The translations under genes were made by a program, and so were the position numbers. From a bacterium (GTDB lineage: Bacteria > UBA8248 > JACPRG01 > G963555815): a DNA stretch of 64,000 nt. The stretch spans positions 4,256,001-4,320,000 of the forward strand of contig OZ244653.1 in NCBI GenBank assembly GCA_965218795.1, in the 5' to 3' direction. Shown piece after piece: positions 38,312-48,113 of this stretch; the first letter of the stretch is position 1; each line of letters begins with the position of its first letter. The notes below the pieces were generated by a model that saw only the letters and a list, made by a program, of their open reading frames with translations, was not told the DNA's origin and ran no database searches.

Positions 38312-39339
38312 GAGGCGCTCGTTTTGTGGGGAACGGAGGTCTTGGCAGACGCCTCGGCGGTCTGCACCCGGTCCAATGATCTCGGGCCGGGCGTCGGGAT
38401 GGGTTGGGTGCGCCAGCGCCGGTGCATCCAGAGCCAGTGATCGGGGCTCTGCCGGACGGCCTTCTCGATGGTCTGGTTGTATCGGCTCGTATTGGTCGCC
38501 AGGTCGGCCTGTACATCTCCCGTGCGGACGGTCGCAATCTCTTCTCCGAAAATGAACCGGTGATGGTACGGCGCATCCCGGAAAATGAAACCCGGAAAGA
38601 CGGCGGCTCCGGTCCGCTGGGCCAGCAGCGCGGGCAGAGGGGTCGTGCAGGCCGGCTTTCCGAAAAAGTCCACAAAGATTCCCTCGCGGTGGATCATGTT
38701 CTGGTCCATCAGGACGCCCAGCATTTCGCCCGCCCGCAGGCAGCGAATCGCATTTCGGATGGCGTCCTTGCGCGCCAGTACCCGGCATCCATACCGGCTG
38801 CGGAGGTGGTTGAGCGAACGGTCCAGCAACGGATTGTCGAGGGGGCGAACGATGAGGTTGAGCGGACCGTGACGCCGGGCCCAACACGGGGGCATCAACT
38901 CGAAGTGGCCGAAGTGGGCCGTAATGGTGATGACCCCCCGCCCTTGGGACAAGGTGTCCAGGATGGGCCGGTCCCCCAGCATCTCAACCCGGTCCAGGAC
39001 GCCTTCAACCCCACCTTGACCCGGGCGCCAGGTTCGGGCCCACTCGGCCAGCGTCAACCCCCATTGCCTGTAGGCGTTGCGGGCCAAGTCCTCAAGCAAT
39101 GCAGGCTCCATTTCAGGGCCAAAGGCGATTTCCAGATTCTTCCTGACCGTTGGGAGGCCAACGCCCGCCGCAAAGGCGGCCTTGGCCGCGGCTTGCGCAA
39201 TGGCCGCACCGCCTCTTTCTCCCGCCCCGTTCAGCAGTGAGACGAATGAGCGCAAGGCGGCCCACTCCAGAAGATTCCGGATCCCCGCCCCTATGCCTTT
39301 GTTTTTTCTGCGCCTTCTTCCCATAGCGGCGCGCACCAT
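38308..39339 (-). CDS. lpxL: Lipid A late acyltransferase (LpxL/HtrB family)
   Basis: HFGHFE, LDNP, DQ, FFG, WLWMHRRW. Confidence 0.85.
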   Translation of the reverse strand: MVRAAMGRRRRKNKGIGAGIRNLLEWAALRSFVSLLNGAGERGGAAIAQAAAKAAFAAGVGLPTVRKNLEIAFGPEMEPALLEDLARNAYRQWGLTLAEWARTWRPGQGGVEGVLDRVEMLGDRPILDTLSQGRGVITITAHFGHFELMPPCWARRHGPLNLIVRPLDNPLLDRSLNHLRSRYGCRVLARKDAIRNAIRCLRAGEMLGVLMDQNMIHREGIFVDFFGKPACTTPLPALLAQRTGAAVFPGFIFRDAPYHHRFIFGEEIATVRTGDVQADLATNTSRYNQTIEKAVRQSPDHWLWMHRRWRTQPIPTPGPRSLDRVQTAEASAKTSVPHKTSAS

Positions 39340-39524
39340 TTCGCAAATCGTTCGAAGAGGTCATTAAACCAGCCAGCCGCTCTTCATGTCAATATGGATA
39401 GGCCGGATTGAAAACGCAAAATGCATTTAAAATCAAATAGTTCACCCTGGCCTCCTCAGTGAATCGATGACTTTACTTCCGCGTGAACACTGGATTAACA
39501 TGCAGCGGATGAGGAGACACCAAC

Positions 39525-40742
39525 GTGCGGATTCTGACCCGGTACATCCTCAAAGAACTCGGTGCCTATCTTGGGATGGGCCTCCTTGTTTTCACGTTCG
39601 TTCTCTTCATGAACCAAATCCTTCACTTGACGGACCTCTTCATCAATAAGGGGATTCCCTTTGGGATGGTCTTCAGGATGATGTTGGTCGTCTCGCCCTC
39701 CATTCTCTTGGTGACCATCCCGATGGCCCTGTTGGTATCCACTGTGATGACCTTTGGGCGGATGTCGGCCGACAGCGAGAACGTCGCCATGCGCGCCACG
39801 GGCGTCAGTTTCTTCCGGCAGTTGGTCCCGGTGGGACTGCTCTCGCTCCTCTGCTATGCGGCTACCAATTATCTGGTGTTCTACGCACTGCCCTGGAGCG
39901 AGGCGCAGTTCAACGAGTTGAAGTTCAAGCTGGCGAGCTCGAGTGCGGCGACGACATCGATCAAGGAACGGGTGTTCAACGACGATTTCGACGGGTTGAT
40001 CGTTTACGTGAATGAGAAGCCCGCCGATGAGGAGATTTTGAAGGGGGTTTTGATCTACGACAGCCGCTCACAGGAAATTCCCCAGACGATTGCGGCCGAG
40101 GAAGGAGCCATGGTGACCCACCCGGAATCGCTGAGGGTATCGCTCCGGTTGCGGAACGGCTCCATCCATCAGGTCACGGAAGAAGACGAGAAGTACCAGG
40201 TGATCCGGTTTGCCACTTACGAGGTCAATCTTGACACCCGGTCTCTTTTGGGAGACGCCGGCAGACTGGAGCGGGCGGGGAAAAACCATTCTCTGTACGT
40301 CATCAAGGAAAAGCTGAAGCGGTACAAAAAGACCGACAAGCGCTACAACGACCTGCTGGTGGAGTATTACAAGAAGTTTTCGCTCCCTGTGGCTTGTCTC
40401 ATCATCGGTTTCGTCGGGGCCCCGTTGGGCGTTCAGAATCGACGATCCGGGAGATCGGGCGGCCTCGCTTTGAGCCTGATGATCATCATCATTTACTACA
40501 TTCTTCTCTCCATGGGGGAAGGGCTCGGTGACGGCGGCCACATCCCGCCAATGATTGCGATGTGGATCCCCAATCTCGCTCTGGCCGCGACCGGAGTGTA
40601 CCTGACCGTCAAAATTCATCGGGATTCGCCCTTCCGGCTGGCTGCCCTGGTCATTGAACGGATTCAGAGCATTCTCGAGAAGCTGCGGAATCGATTCCTC
40701 GCGCAGTGGATTGGGCCTGTGGGTGAGGGAGAGCAGGCGTGA
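39525..40742 (+). CDS. lptF: LPS export permease LptF
   Basis: RYILKE, GRMSADSE, AMRATGVS, YYKKFSLPVAC; followed by LptG. Confidence 0.92.
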   Translation: MRILTRYILKELGAYLGMGLLVFTFVLFMNQILHLTDLFINKGIPFGMVFRMMLVVSPSILLVTIPMALLVSTVMTFGRMSADSENVAMRATGVSFFRQLVPVGLLSLLCYAATNYLVFYALPWSEAQFNELKFKLASSSAATTSIKERVFNDDFDGLIVYVNEKPADEEILKGVLIYDSRSQEIPQTIAAEEGAMVTHPESLRVSLRLRNGSIHQVTEEDEKYQVIRFATYEVNLDTRSLLGDAGRLERAGKNHSLYVIKEKLKRYKKTDKRYNDLLVEYYKKFSLPVACLIIGFVGAPLGVQNRRSGRSGGLALSLMIIIIYYILLSMGEGLGDGGHIPPMIAMWIPNLALAATGVYLTVKIHRDSPFRLAALVIERIQSILEKLRNRFLAQWIGPVGEGEQA

Positions 40743-41821
40743 GATTGCTGACCCGATATGTGGGGATCCAGTTCCTTCGAATTTTTCTGGTCAGCCTGCT
40801 GGCTTTTCTAGCCATCTATCTGATCGTCGAATTCTTCGAGCGCGTCGATGATTTTTTGGAGAAGGGCACTCCGCTGAAACAGGCCGTCGGATATTTCGTC
40901 TACAAGACTCCTCAGATTCTCATGCAGGTGGGTCCGGCGGCCGTCCTCTTGGCCTCCGTGTTCTGTTTGTTGTTGCTGGGGCACAACAACGAGGTTACGG
41001 CGATGCGGGCCTGCGGACTCAGCCTGTATCGAATCTCCTATCCGATTTTAGTCTGGGGAGGCATTGGGAGCGTTGTCCTGTTCCTGGCGAGTGAGTATGT
41101 TCTCCCGGTGACCAACCGGAAGGTCAATCAGATTGTTCAGGTTTACATCAAGCGAAAGCCCCCGAAATGGGTGATCCGAAAAAACAATATCTGGTACCGC
41201 TCCGATAACCGGACCATCTGGCATATCCGGTCCTTGGATCCCGATCGGCAGATTCTCAAGGGGATCACGCTCTATCGCATCTCCCCGAAGGGAAAGGTGA
41301 TCGAGCGATTGGACGCCCAAACGGCGGGGTGGAACGGGAGCGTTTGGGTCTTCCGAAACGGGCATCATCGGAAGTTCCCTGAGAAAGGCGCGTTGGAGTC
41401 CCGGGCTTTCACGGAGGCCGAGGTCGCAGTCGTGGAGAAGCCAGCGGACTTCCTTCAGATCAAGAAAGAGCCGGGGGAGATGAATGTAGGCGAAATGAGG
41501 GATTACATTCGTGGGTTACGGGCCAATGGGGTGGACGATACGAAATACCGGGTGGACCTCAATGCCAAACTCGCCTATCCGATGGTGGGCATCATTATGG
41601 CGCTGGTCGGGATCCCGTTTTCTCTTCGGACCGAAAGAAGCGGGGGGTTGGCGCGTAGTATCCTGCTCACCCTGCTCATTGGCTTCAGCTATTTCATTCT
41701 TTTTTATGCGGGGATTTCACTCGGGCACGCCGGCAAGCTCCCTCCCTTCATTGCCGCCTGGTCGACGAATATCATTTTTGTGGCCACAGGTGTTTATATG
41801 ATGGCCACCGTTCGGGGGTGA
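40739..41821 (+). CDS. lptG: LPS export permease LptG
   Basis: NEVTAMRACGLSL, KLAYP, AAWSTN; 4-bp overlap with lptF. Confidence 0.92.
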   Translation: MRLLTRYVGIQFLRIFLVSLLAFLAIYLIVEFFERVDDFLEKGTPLKQAVGYFVYKTPQILMQVGPAAVLLASVFCLLLLGHNNEVTAMRACGLSLYRISYPILVWGGIGSVVLFLASEYVLPVTNRKVNQIVQVYIKRKPPKWVIRKNNIWYRSDNRTIWHIRSLDPDRQILKGITLYRISPKGKVIERLDAQTAGWNGSVWVFRNGHHRKFPEKGALESRAFTEAEVAVVEKPADFLQIKKEPGEMNVGEMRDYIRGLRANGVDDTKYRVDLNAKLAYPMVGIIMALVGIPFSLRTERSGGLARSILLTLLIGFSYFILFYAGISLGHAGKLPPFIAAWSTNIIFVATGVYMMATVRG

Positions 41822-41830
41822 ACCCCTTAC

Positions 41831-42955
41831 CTATCCGGTCGATGAAGTCTTGCCGGGGTCGGGCGGACGCTTCCACGTCTCCCAATGGGAGCTGCCCGAG
41901 AGGATTTCCAGGCCGAGACGAAGCGCACGGCAGGAAAGCCCGCCCCTCCAAACCGATCGCAGCTTGACCCCATCCTTCTCCGTCGTCAGAATTCCCCCGG
42001 CGCCGGCCGCGCGCGCCCGGGAGTGAATTTCCTCCACGTCACCGGACGTGTACCGGTGGTGATCGGGAAAGACCATGCGTCCCGCCTCCTGAATTCCGAA
42101 ATCTGAGGCCAGACGGAAGAAATCAGCCGGCCGCGCGATCCCGCAAACCCAAAAGGTCGGGTGTTCATCGAGTGGAACAGGCTCACCGGACTCCACATCC
42201 ACCGCCGCCTCGGGGACGAATCGGCTCACTGTCACGGGGAGGGAAGGGTGCTCCGCCCGAAGGCGTTCGGCGGCCTCCGGGTTCGGAGACTCCGCCCGGG
42301 TGAGCAGGATTCCTTCCGCACGCCGTACGGCGCCGGGCGGCTCGCGCAGTGTCCCGCGCGGCAGCAGAAAACCATTCCCGAAAGGTCTCTCAGCGTCCAG
42401 GAGGAGGAGATTTCTGTCTCGCGCCAACTGAACGTGCTGGTAGCCGTCGTCCAGGATTACGCCTTCAACGCCGAATTCCTTGATCGCGTGCAGCCCCAGG
42501 GTGTACCGATCCGGGCCGGTCAGCACCGGGATCCCGGGCAGCCGCGAAGCCAACAGACAGGCTTCGTCGGCGGCATCCGGAGGATGGATACGAAGCCCGG
42601 TTCCGTCAGAGACAATCGTCACGGGCCCTTTGGCCAAGCCCCCATACCCGCGGCTCAGGACGGCGATTGTATGGCCCTGCTCCGAGAGGGTCCGGGCGAG
42701 TGCAAGGGCGACCGGGGTTTTTCCCGTCCCCCCGGCCGTCAGGTTTCCCACGCTCACTGTCCAGCAGGGGAGACTCCGGGTCTTGACAAGTCCGGTTCGG
42801 TAAGCGGCCATCCGGGAAAGATGTCCGGCGCCGTAAAAGCCTGAAGCGGCCAGCAGCATGCACTTCACGAGGTTTCCCCAGGCGCCGCCTGGAAGGTCGT
42901 CGTCCTGGAGAAGCAGGCCCGTCCGGCCGATCTGATTTCCGGTGGAGGGCTTCAA
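41831..42955 (-). CDS. lpxK: Tetraacyldisaccharide 4'-kinase
   Basis: SVGNLTAGGTGKTP, SRGYG, DDGYQH, LPRGTLRE, TTEKD. Confidence 0.95.
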   Translation of the reverse strand: MKPSTGNQIGRTGLLLQDDDLPGGAWGNLVKCMLLAASGFYGAGHLSRMAAYRTGLVKTRSLPCWTVSVGNLTAGGTGKTPVALALARTLSEQGHTIAVLSRGYGGLAKGPVTIVSDGTGLRIHPPDAADEACLLASRLPGIPVLTGPDRYTLGLHAIKEFGVEGVILDDGYQHVQLARDRNLLLLDAERPFGNGFLLPRGTLREPPGAVRRAEGILLTRAESPNPEAAERLRAEHPSLPVTVSRFVPEAAVDVESGEPVPLDEHPTFWVCGIARPADFFRLASDFGIQEAGRMVFPDHHRYTSGDVEEIHSRARAAGAGGILTTEKDGVKLRSVWRGGLSCRALRLGLEILSGSSHWETWKRPPDPGKTSSTG

Positions 42956-44289
42956 GCTTCCCTCCCGTCAGCCAAGCCGGCCACCCATTCGGCGTAGCGG
43001 CGGGAGGCCCCGGCCTGGGCTTCCACGACGGCCCGGCCCCGTTCTCCCATGGCTCTGGCATCGGTCGGGGAATCAAGCATTTGGGCGGCTGCGGCCGCCA
43101 GCCGTTTGCCTGCGTCCTCTAAGGGGCCATCGATCCAGAAGGCGGCCGATACCTGATCGCCATCCGGCTCCGTTAAGGCGCGTCCGGCCTCTTCAAAGTT
43201 GTGCATATGGCGGCCGAACAGAACCGGGAGCCCCAATCCGGCCGGTTCAAGCGGGTTCTGTCCGCCCCACGGAAAAAGACTTCCGCCCACAAAGGCGATA
43301 TCCCCCGCGCGATAGGCCCTGCCGAGCTCACCCAGGGTGTTCAGAATGAGGACCGCCGGCTTCCCGGGGCGGTCTGTCGTTTCGCGCGGACCATCCGTCC
43401 GCAGGTGGAAGGCGATCTTCCGGGTGCGCAGATCCCCCACCAGTCTAACGGCACGGTCGGGGTGCCTCGGCGCCAGGATCAGCTGAAGCGTCGGATGGGA
43501 GGCCAGAAGCTGCTCATAGGCGTCCAAGACGGCCCCTCCTTCCTCGGGGTGGATGCTGCCCGCAACCAGAACGGAGGCCTCCTCGGATAGGCCCAAATCC
43601 TTCCGAATGTCCCGTTTCTCCCGGGTGTCCGGCGGATCACTGGCGGCGGCCCCGTCAAACTTGAGATTTCCGCCCACCCGGACGCGGTGCGGCGGGGCCC
43701 CCAATGCCCGGATCCGCTCCGCATCGGACTCAGACTGCATGCCAAACCCCGTCACCCTCTCCAGGGCGCATTTCATCAGCGGTCGGATTCGGTGGTAGCG
43801 CCTGAACGACCCCGGGGAGATCCGCCCGTTGATCAGGACCGATGGAACCTTTAACTGATCGAGGGCGCGGATGAAGTTCGGCCAGATCTCCGTCTCCAGG
43901 ATAACCGCCATTTGGGGCCGGACCCGCGAGATCGACCGGCGGACAGACCCCGGGAAGTCCAGCGGAAAATAGAACCGCCCATCCGCCTCGGGGATTTGGC
44001 GGATACCGGCTTCCCTTCCGGTTACGGTCACCGTGGACAGGACGAGACGCCAGCCCGGAAGAAGGTGTTTCAACTCCCGAACCAGCGGTGCCGCGGCGTG
44101 GATCTCTCCCACAGAGACCGCGTGGACCCATAAGGTGGGAAGATTGCGGGAGTTGTCGGGAAGGCGCGGAAACCCCATCCGTTCGGCCAGACCCCGGCGG
44201 ACTTTTCCCCGGAAGAGCGCCTGGAACCCCCAATAGAGCGCGAGAAAGGGGGCACCGGCAAAAAGGATGGCGTTGTAGAGGGCGTACAA
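42952..44289 (-). CDS. waaA: Kdo transferase
   Basis: WVHAVSVGE, ETEIWPN, GNLKFD, APRHP, FVGGSL, QNPLEPA. Confidence 0.95.
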   Translation of the reverse strand: MYALYNAILFAGAPFLALYWGFQALFRGKVRRGLAERMGFPRLPDNSRNLPTLWVHAVSVGEIHAAAPLVRELKHLLPGWRLVLSTVTVTGREAGIRQIPEADGRFYFPLDFPGSVRRSISRVRPQMAVILETEIWPNFIRALDQLKVPSVLINGRISPGSFRRYHRIRPLMKCALERVTGFGMQSESDAERIRALGAPPHRVRVGGNLKFDGAAASDPPDTREKRDIRKDLGLSEEASVLVAGSIHPEEGGAVLDAYEQLLASHPTLQLILAPRHPDRAVRLVGDLRTRKIAFHLRTDGPRETTDRPGKPAVLILNTLGELGRAYRAGDIAFVGGSLFPWGGQNPLEPAGLGLPVLFGRHMHNFEEAGRALTEPDGDQVSAAFWIDGPLEDAGKRLAAAAAQMLDSPTDARAMGERGRAVVEAQAGASRRYAEWVAGLADGREA

Positions 44290-44310
44290 GTTCGAAGGCC
44301 TCTTCAGCGG

Positions 44311-45039
44311 TCATTCATCGCGTGGCGGCTCAGGGGGAGCAAAGCGTCCCTGAACTGCGGCGTCGGCCGCGGCTTGCGCCCAGAGCATTTCCGCTTCCAG
44401 CTCCAGCCGTTTTTTCTCCATGCGCCGCTTGTCGGTGTCGCGCGCGACCCGCACGGGGCGGCCGAAGACGACCGCCACGCGCGTGAAGGGCAGAGGCAGA
44501 CAGAGACGGTCCCAACTATCGAACATTTTGACGTGTGCGGCGCCGAAGACGATCGGGAGGATGGGCGCGCCGGTCCGGGAAGCGAGCTGGAGGATTCCCG
44601 GCTGTACCTGGTTTGCGGGCCCCCGGGGGCCATCCGATGCAATGCCGATATCCTGTCCATCGCGCAGGGTGCGGATCAATCGCCGCAACGCGGGACCGCC
44701 CCCGCGGGATGTGGATCCCCGGACGGTCCGGTAACCCAGCGTCCCCAGCACTCCGGCAAGGATTTCCCCATCCCGGCTGAGGCTCACAAGGACGGCTGCG
44801 TTCAGTTTCCTCCGGAAGAATGCGGGGTAGAGCATCCGGCCGTGCCACAGGGAATAGATCCGTCCCGGCGCCCTCTCCCGGCGGGGCACTTCCCGCTCCG
44901 GATAGAGGATGCGTGCCCGCAGCGTTGCAGCCAGCCCGTAAATCGCCAAACCGAGAAGCCGGCCCGCCCACCGGGAGACCCGGTGAGAAGATTCCTCGGA
45001 ACTTCGGAAGTCCTGTACGGGTTCATCCGAGCTTTCCAT
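44311..45039 (-). CDS. DUF374 acyltransferase (LpxJ-like)
   Basis: WHGR, SLSRDGE, RGSTSRGG, DGPRGP, SWDR...PLPF; between lpxB and waaA. Confidence 0.85.
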   Translation of the reverse strand: MESSDEPVQDFRSSEESSHRVSRWAGRLLGLAIYGLAATLRARILYPEREVPRRERAPGRIYSLWHGRMLYPAFFRRKLNAAVLVSLSRDGEILAGVLGTLGYRTVRGSTSRGGGPALRRLIRTLRDGQDIGIASDGPRGPANQVQPGILQLASRTGAPILPIVFGAAHVKMFDSWDRLCLPLPFTRVAVVFGRPVRVARDTDKRRMEKKRLELEAEMLWAQAAADAAVQGRFAPPEPPRDE

Positions 45040-46238
45040 CAGCCGAAGGCCAAATCCAGGATCTCTCTCGCCGCACGGTCAAAGCAGCTTCGCTCTTTCC
45101 CCGGAAGTCTCCCGCCGCGCGTTTCTTCAGCGGAGTCGTCTTCCAGAGAACGGCGGATATCCTTCAGTCTTCGTTTCACATAGGCGCGCCGTTTTTCGTC
45201 GTCCGTCAATCGACGCGCCTCCAAAGATAGATTTTGTCCGTTGACCTCTTGCTGCAGAAGCTCCGGGAAGATTTCCTCAGCCGCCAGGATGTTGACCAGA
45301 CCGAGGAAGTAACGCTCGGGCGGCAGGCTCGACATCCACAGGGCGATGGCGAAGGTCAACGGGTTGAATCGGTAAGCGATCACGCTGGGCGTCCCCAACA
45401 GGGCCGCCTCCAGTGTGGCCGTGCCGGAGGCGATAAGGGCCGCATCAGCGGCTCGCAGGACGTCTCGGGCGCCCCGGACCGGCACGGCTCCCGCCTCCAT
45501 CGCCTGCCCGGCTATCGGTTCCCAGGGCAGGGTTTCCGCAACGGGCAGAAGAAATTGCGTTTCGGGCCGGGAGCTTTGCAGGATCCGCATCGCTTCAAGC
45601 ATCGGAGGGAGGAGCGCGGCCAGCTCGCTCTCCCGGCTCCCCGGGAGCAGACCGATCACCGGCCCTTCCCCGACGACGCCCAACCGTTCTCTGGCCGCCC
45701 GCCGCCGTTCGCGGGGGTCCGAATCGTCCGAATCGGGCTGGATGGATTCGAGGAGGGGGTGGCCGACAAATACGGCCGGAATCCCCAAGCTCCTGAAATA
45801 CTCCACCTCGAACGGGAAGATGACCAACAGCTTGTCGATGCATCGCGCGATGCGCCACGCCCGCCACTGTCCCCAACCCCAAAGCTGCGGCGCGACGAAC
45901 TGCACGGTCCGAACGCCGCGGGCATGAAGCTTCCCGGCCATGTACAGGTTGAATCCCGGATAGTCTATGAGCACGGCGACCCGGACCCCCCCAGACTGAA
46001 CGGCCTGAAGAATCCGCCGCTCCATTCGGCGCAGGGCGGGCAGCAGCCGCGTCACTTCGAGGACTCCGACGGCCGCGATCTCTCCCGCGTCACCCCAGAC
46101 GTCCACGCCCGCCGCCCGCATGGCCGGCCCTCCGACTCCCCCAATGCGAAGATCGGGACGACGCACCCGCAGAGCCTCGGCGAGGGGACCCCCCAGGGCG
46201 TCGCCCGAAGCCTCACCCGCGACCATCAGGATTTCAAT
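45039..46238 (-). CDS. lpxB: Lipid-A-disaccharide synthase (start uncertain)
   Basis: AGEASGD, IDYPGFN, PQLWGW, FPFE, VGHPL, LLPGSR, SGTATLE. Confidence 0.93.
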   Translation of the reverse strand: MEILMVAGEASGDALGGPLAEALRVRRPDLRIGGVGGPAMRAAGVDVWGDAGEIAAVGVLEVTRLLPALRRMERRILQAVQSGGVRVAVLIDYPGFNLYMAGKLHARGVRTVQFVAPQLWGWGQWRAWRIARCIDKLLVIFPFEVEYFRSLGIPAVFVGHPLLESIQPDSDDSDPRERRRAARERLGVVGEGPVIGLLPGSRESELAALLPPMLEAMRILQSSRPETQFLLPVAETLPWEPIAGQAMEAGAVPVRGARDVLRAADAALIASGTATLEAALLGTPSVIAYRFNPLTFAIALWMSSLPPERYFLGLVNILAAEEIFPELLQQEVNGQNLSLEARRLTDDEKRRAYVKRRLKDIRRSLEDDSAEETRGGRLPGKERSCFDRAAREILDLAFG

Positions 46239-47124
46239 CGCCGGTCTCCTCTTGCACGGGGTCCTGAGCGACCACGGCAATTTTCCACTGATTCGCTGCT
46301 TCCAGGAATGGCCGGGTGGCGACGATCATCGTTCGCTCCGCCTCGATGCCCAGCGCCGTGCCGCGCCCGTCTTTCAGGACGCGAAGTGTGTCCTCGCCGA
46401 CGACGGGAACGTCGAATCGAGGGTCCTGCCGGGGCTTCGCCACCTTCACGGCCACTGCCCCACGCCCGGATATCGCACAACCGCGCTGTACGGTTTCGTC
46501 CGTTCCTTCGATGGTTTCGACCGCGACGACCGCCTGGTTCCGAACCACGACCGTCTGGCCGAGATCCAAAGCGGCAATCCCTTTGGCCATGCGGAACCCG
46601 AATTCCAGATCCTCGCGTTCCCTTTGGGTGGGCGGGCGCCGGGAGAGCACTCCCGGCGCTGGAAACAGTTCGCCCAGGAACTCCCTCTGCGGGAGGACCC
46701 GGAACCCTTCGCTCTCGAATGCTTCGATGATGGCCAGCATCAGTGAGTCGTCGCGTCTGTCCTTGAGACGGCGGAGGATCTTGATGGCCCGAAGGTCGAG
46801 CATCGGATTCCGATACATCAGCCGCTTGTCCATCTTCCCCACAAAGACCAAATCGCGGGCACCCTCGTCTCTGAGGAATTGCCCGATCTTCGTGGCCTGG
46901 CCAACGCCGCACTGAATCAGGGACGCCGAAAGGGGCTCCAGGGTTTTTCGCGTTTGAGGAGAGAAGGTTACCGTGACGGGATCGATGCCGCGGGACCGGA
47001 CGTTCTCGGCCACCAGCGCGGGGAGGGCTCCTTCTCCGGCGATGATCCCGACCCGTTTGACATTTTGGAGAGGGCTGGGCTCCGGAGAACCCTCCTCATC
47101 CAGCCGGCTGTTCAGATTGGCCAT
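46234..47124 (-). CDS. lpxI: UDP-2,3-diacylglucosamine pyrophosphatase LpxI
   Basis: GIIAGEGALP, DLGQTVVV, EGTD, KPRQDPRFDVPVVG. Confidence 0.9.
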   Translation of the reverse strand: MANLNSRLDEEGSPEPSPLQNVKRVGIIAGEGALPALVAENVRSRGIDPVTVTFSPQTRKTLEPLSASLIQCGVGQATKIGQFLRDEGARDLVFVGKMDKRLMYRNPMLDLRAIKILRRLKDRRDDSLMLAIIEAFESEGFRVLPQREFLGELFPAPGVLSRRPPTQREREDLEFGFRMAKGIAALDLGQTVVVRNQAVVAVETIEGTDETVQRGCAISGRGAVAVKVAKPRQDPRFDVPVVGEDTLRVLKDGRGTALGIEAERTMIVATRPFLEAANQWKIAVVAQDPVQEETGD

Positions 47125-48097
47125 GAATCTGCGAGATGATTTGAAGCGCCAGACGAAGGGATTGGAGCTCCTTTTCCGCGGTGCTCACGCCCGGGGGTCC
47201 CAATCCATTGCCGGCCATGTGGAGGAGGGTGCGGATTTCCAGCTTCAGCGGATTGTCCTTATGGACGAAGATTCGCTCAATGAAGGCCTCCTGCCGGTAA
47301 CGCAACTCTTCCTGGGTGAGCGTGTGCTCCGATGCCGCCCGCCGGTAGACGTGGATGTCCTGGTCGGCGTAGTCGAGAAAGATGTAGGTATCCCGCTGCG
47401 TGACGGCCAGGGTGCGCACCTTGTTCTGGGTGGCCCGGCTGGCGGTCAGGTTGGCGACGCAGCCGTTCTTGAAAGTCAGCGACACGTTGGCGATGTCTTC
47501 ATGGGCGGAGTGCACGCTTGTGCCGATGGCGTAACAGGTCTCAATGGGTGAATCGATAAGACGCAGGACAATATCCAGGTCGTGAATCATCAAATCAAGG
47601 ACCACGCCGTCCTCCTGGACCCTCGACTGGAAAGGGCCCATCCGGCGGCACTCGATGAGGAGCGGGTCTTTGACGATCTTCTGCAGTTCCTGCACGGCTC
47701 CGTTGAATCGTTCCACGTGACCGATTTGCAGCACGCATCCCTGTTCTTCGGCAATCCGGAAAAGTTCCTTCGCCTCTTTCAGCGTAGAGGCGATCGGCTT
47801 CTCGACCAGGACGTGGACACCCGCGTTCAGGAATTCGCGCGCGACCGGATAGTGCTGGCTGGTCGGAACCACGATGCTGACGGCGTCCACCAGACCGATC
47901 ATGTCCCGATAGTCTTGCAGCGGACGGGTATCAGACTGCTTGGCGATGGATTGAGCCCGGTCCAGGTCGACATCGGCAACCGCCACGAGGTCCACCTCAC
48001 CCAGAGCGTGATAAACCCCGGCGTGGTAGCGGCCCATGTGGCCGACCCCGACGACCCCCGCGCGGATTTTGCCATTGGAAGAATTCGGCTTTGTCAT
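47096..48097 (-). CDS. Gfo/Idh/MocA oxidoreductase (GnnA-like)
   Basis: GVGHMG, EKP, GHVERFN, DLMIHDLD; between lpxA and lpxI. Confidence 0.85.
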   Translation of the reverse strand: MTKPNSSNGKIRAGVVGVGHMGRYHAGVYHALGEVDLVAVADVDLDRAQSIAKQSDTRPLQDYRDMIGLVDAVSIVVPTSQHYPVAREFLNAGVHVLVEKPIASTLKEAKELFRIAEEQGCVLQIGHVERFNGAVQELQKIVKDPLLIECRRMGPFQSRVQEDGVVLDLMIHDLDIVLRLIDSPIETCYAIGTSVHSAHEDIANVSLTFKNGCVANLTASRATQNKVRTLAVTQRDTYIFLDYADQDIHVYRRAASEHTLTQEELRYRQEAFIERIFVHKDNPLKLEIRTLLHMAGNGLGPPGVSTAEKELQSLRLALQIISQIHGQSEQPAG

Positions 48098-48113
48098 GAC
48101 GCCCGCTTTCCGC

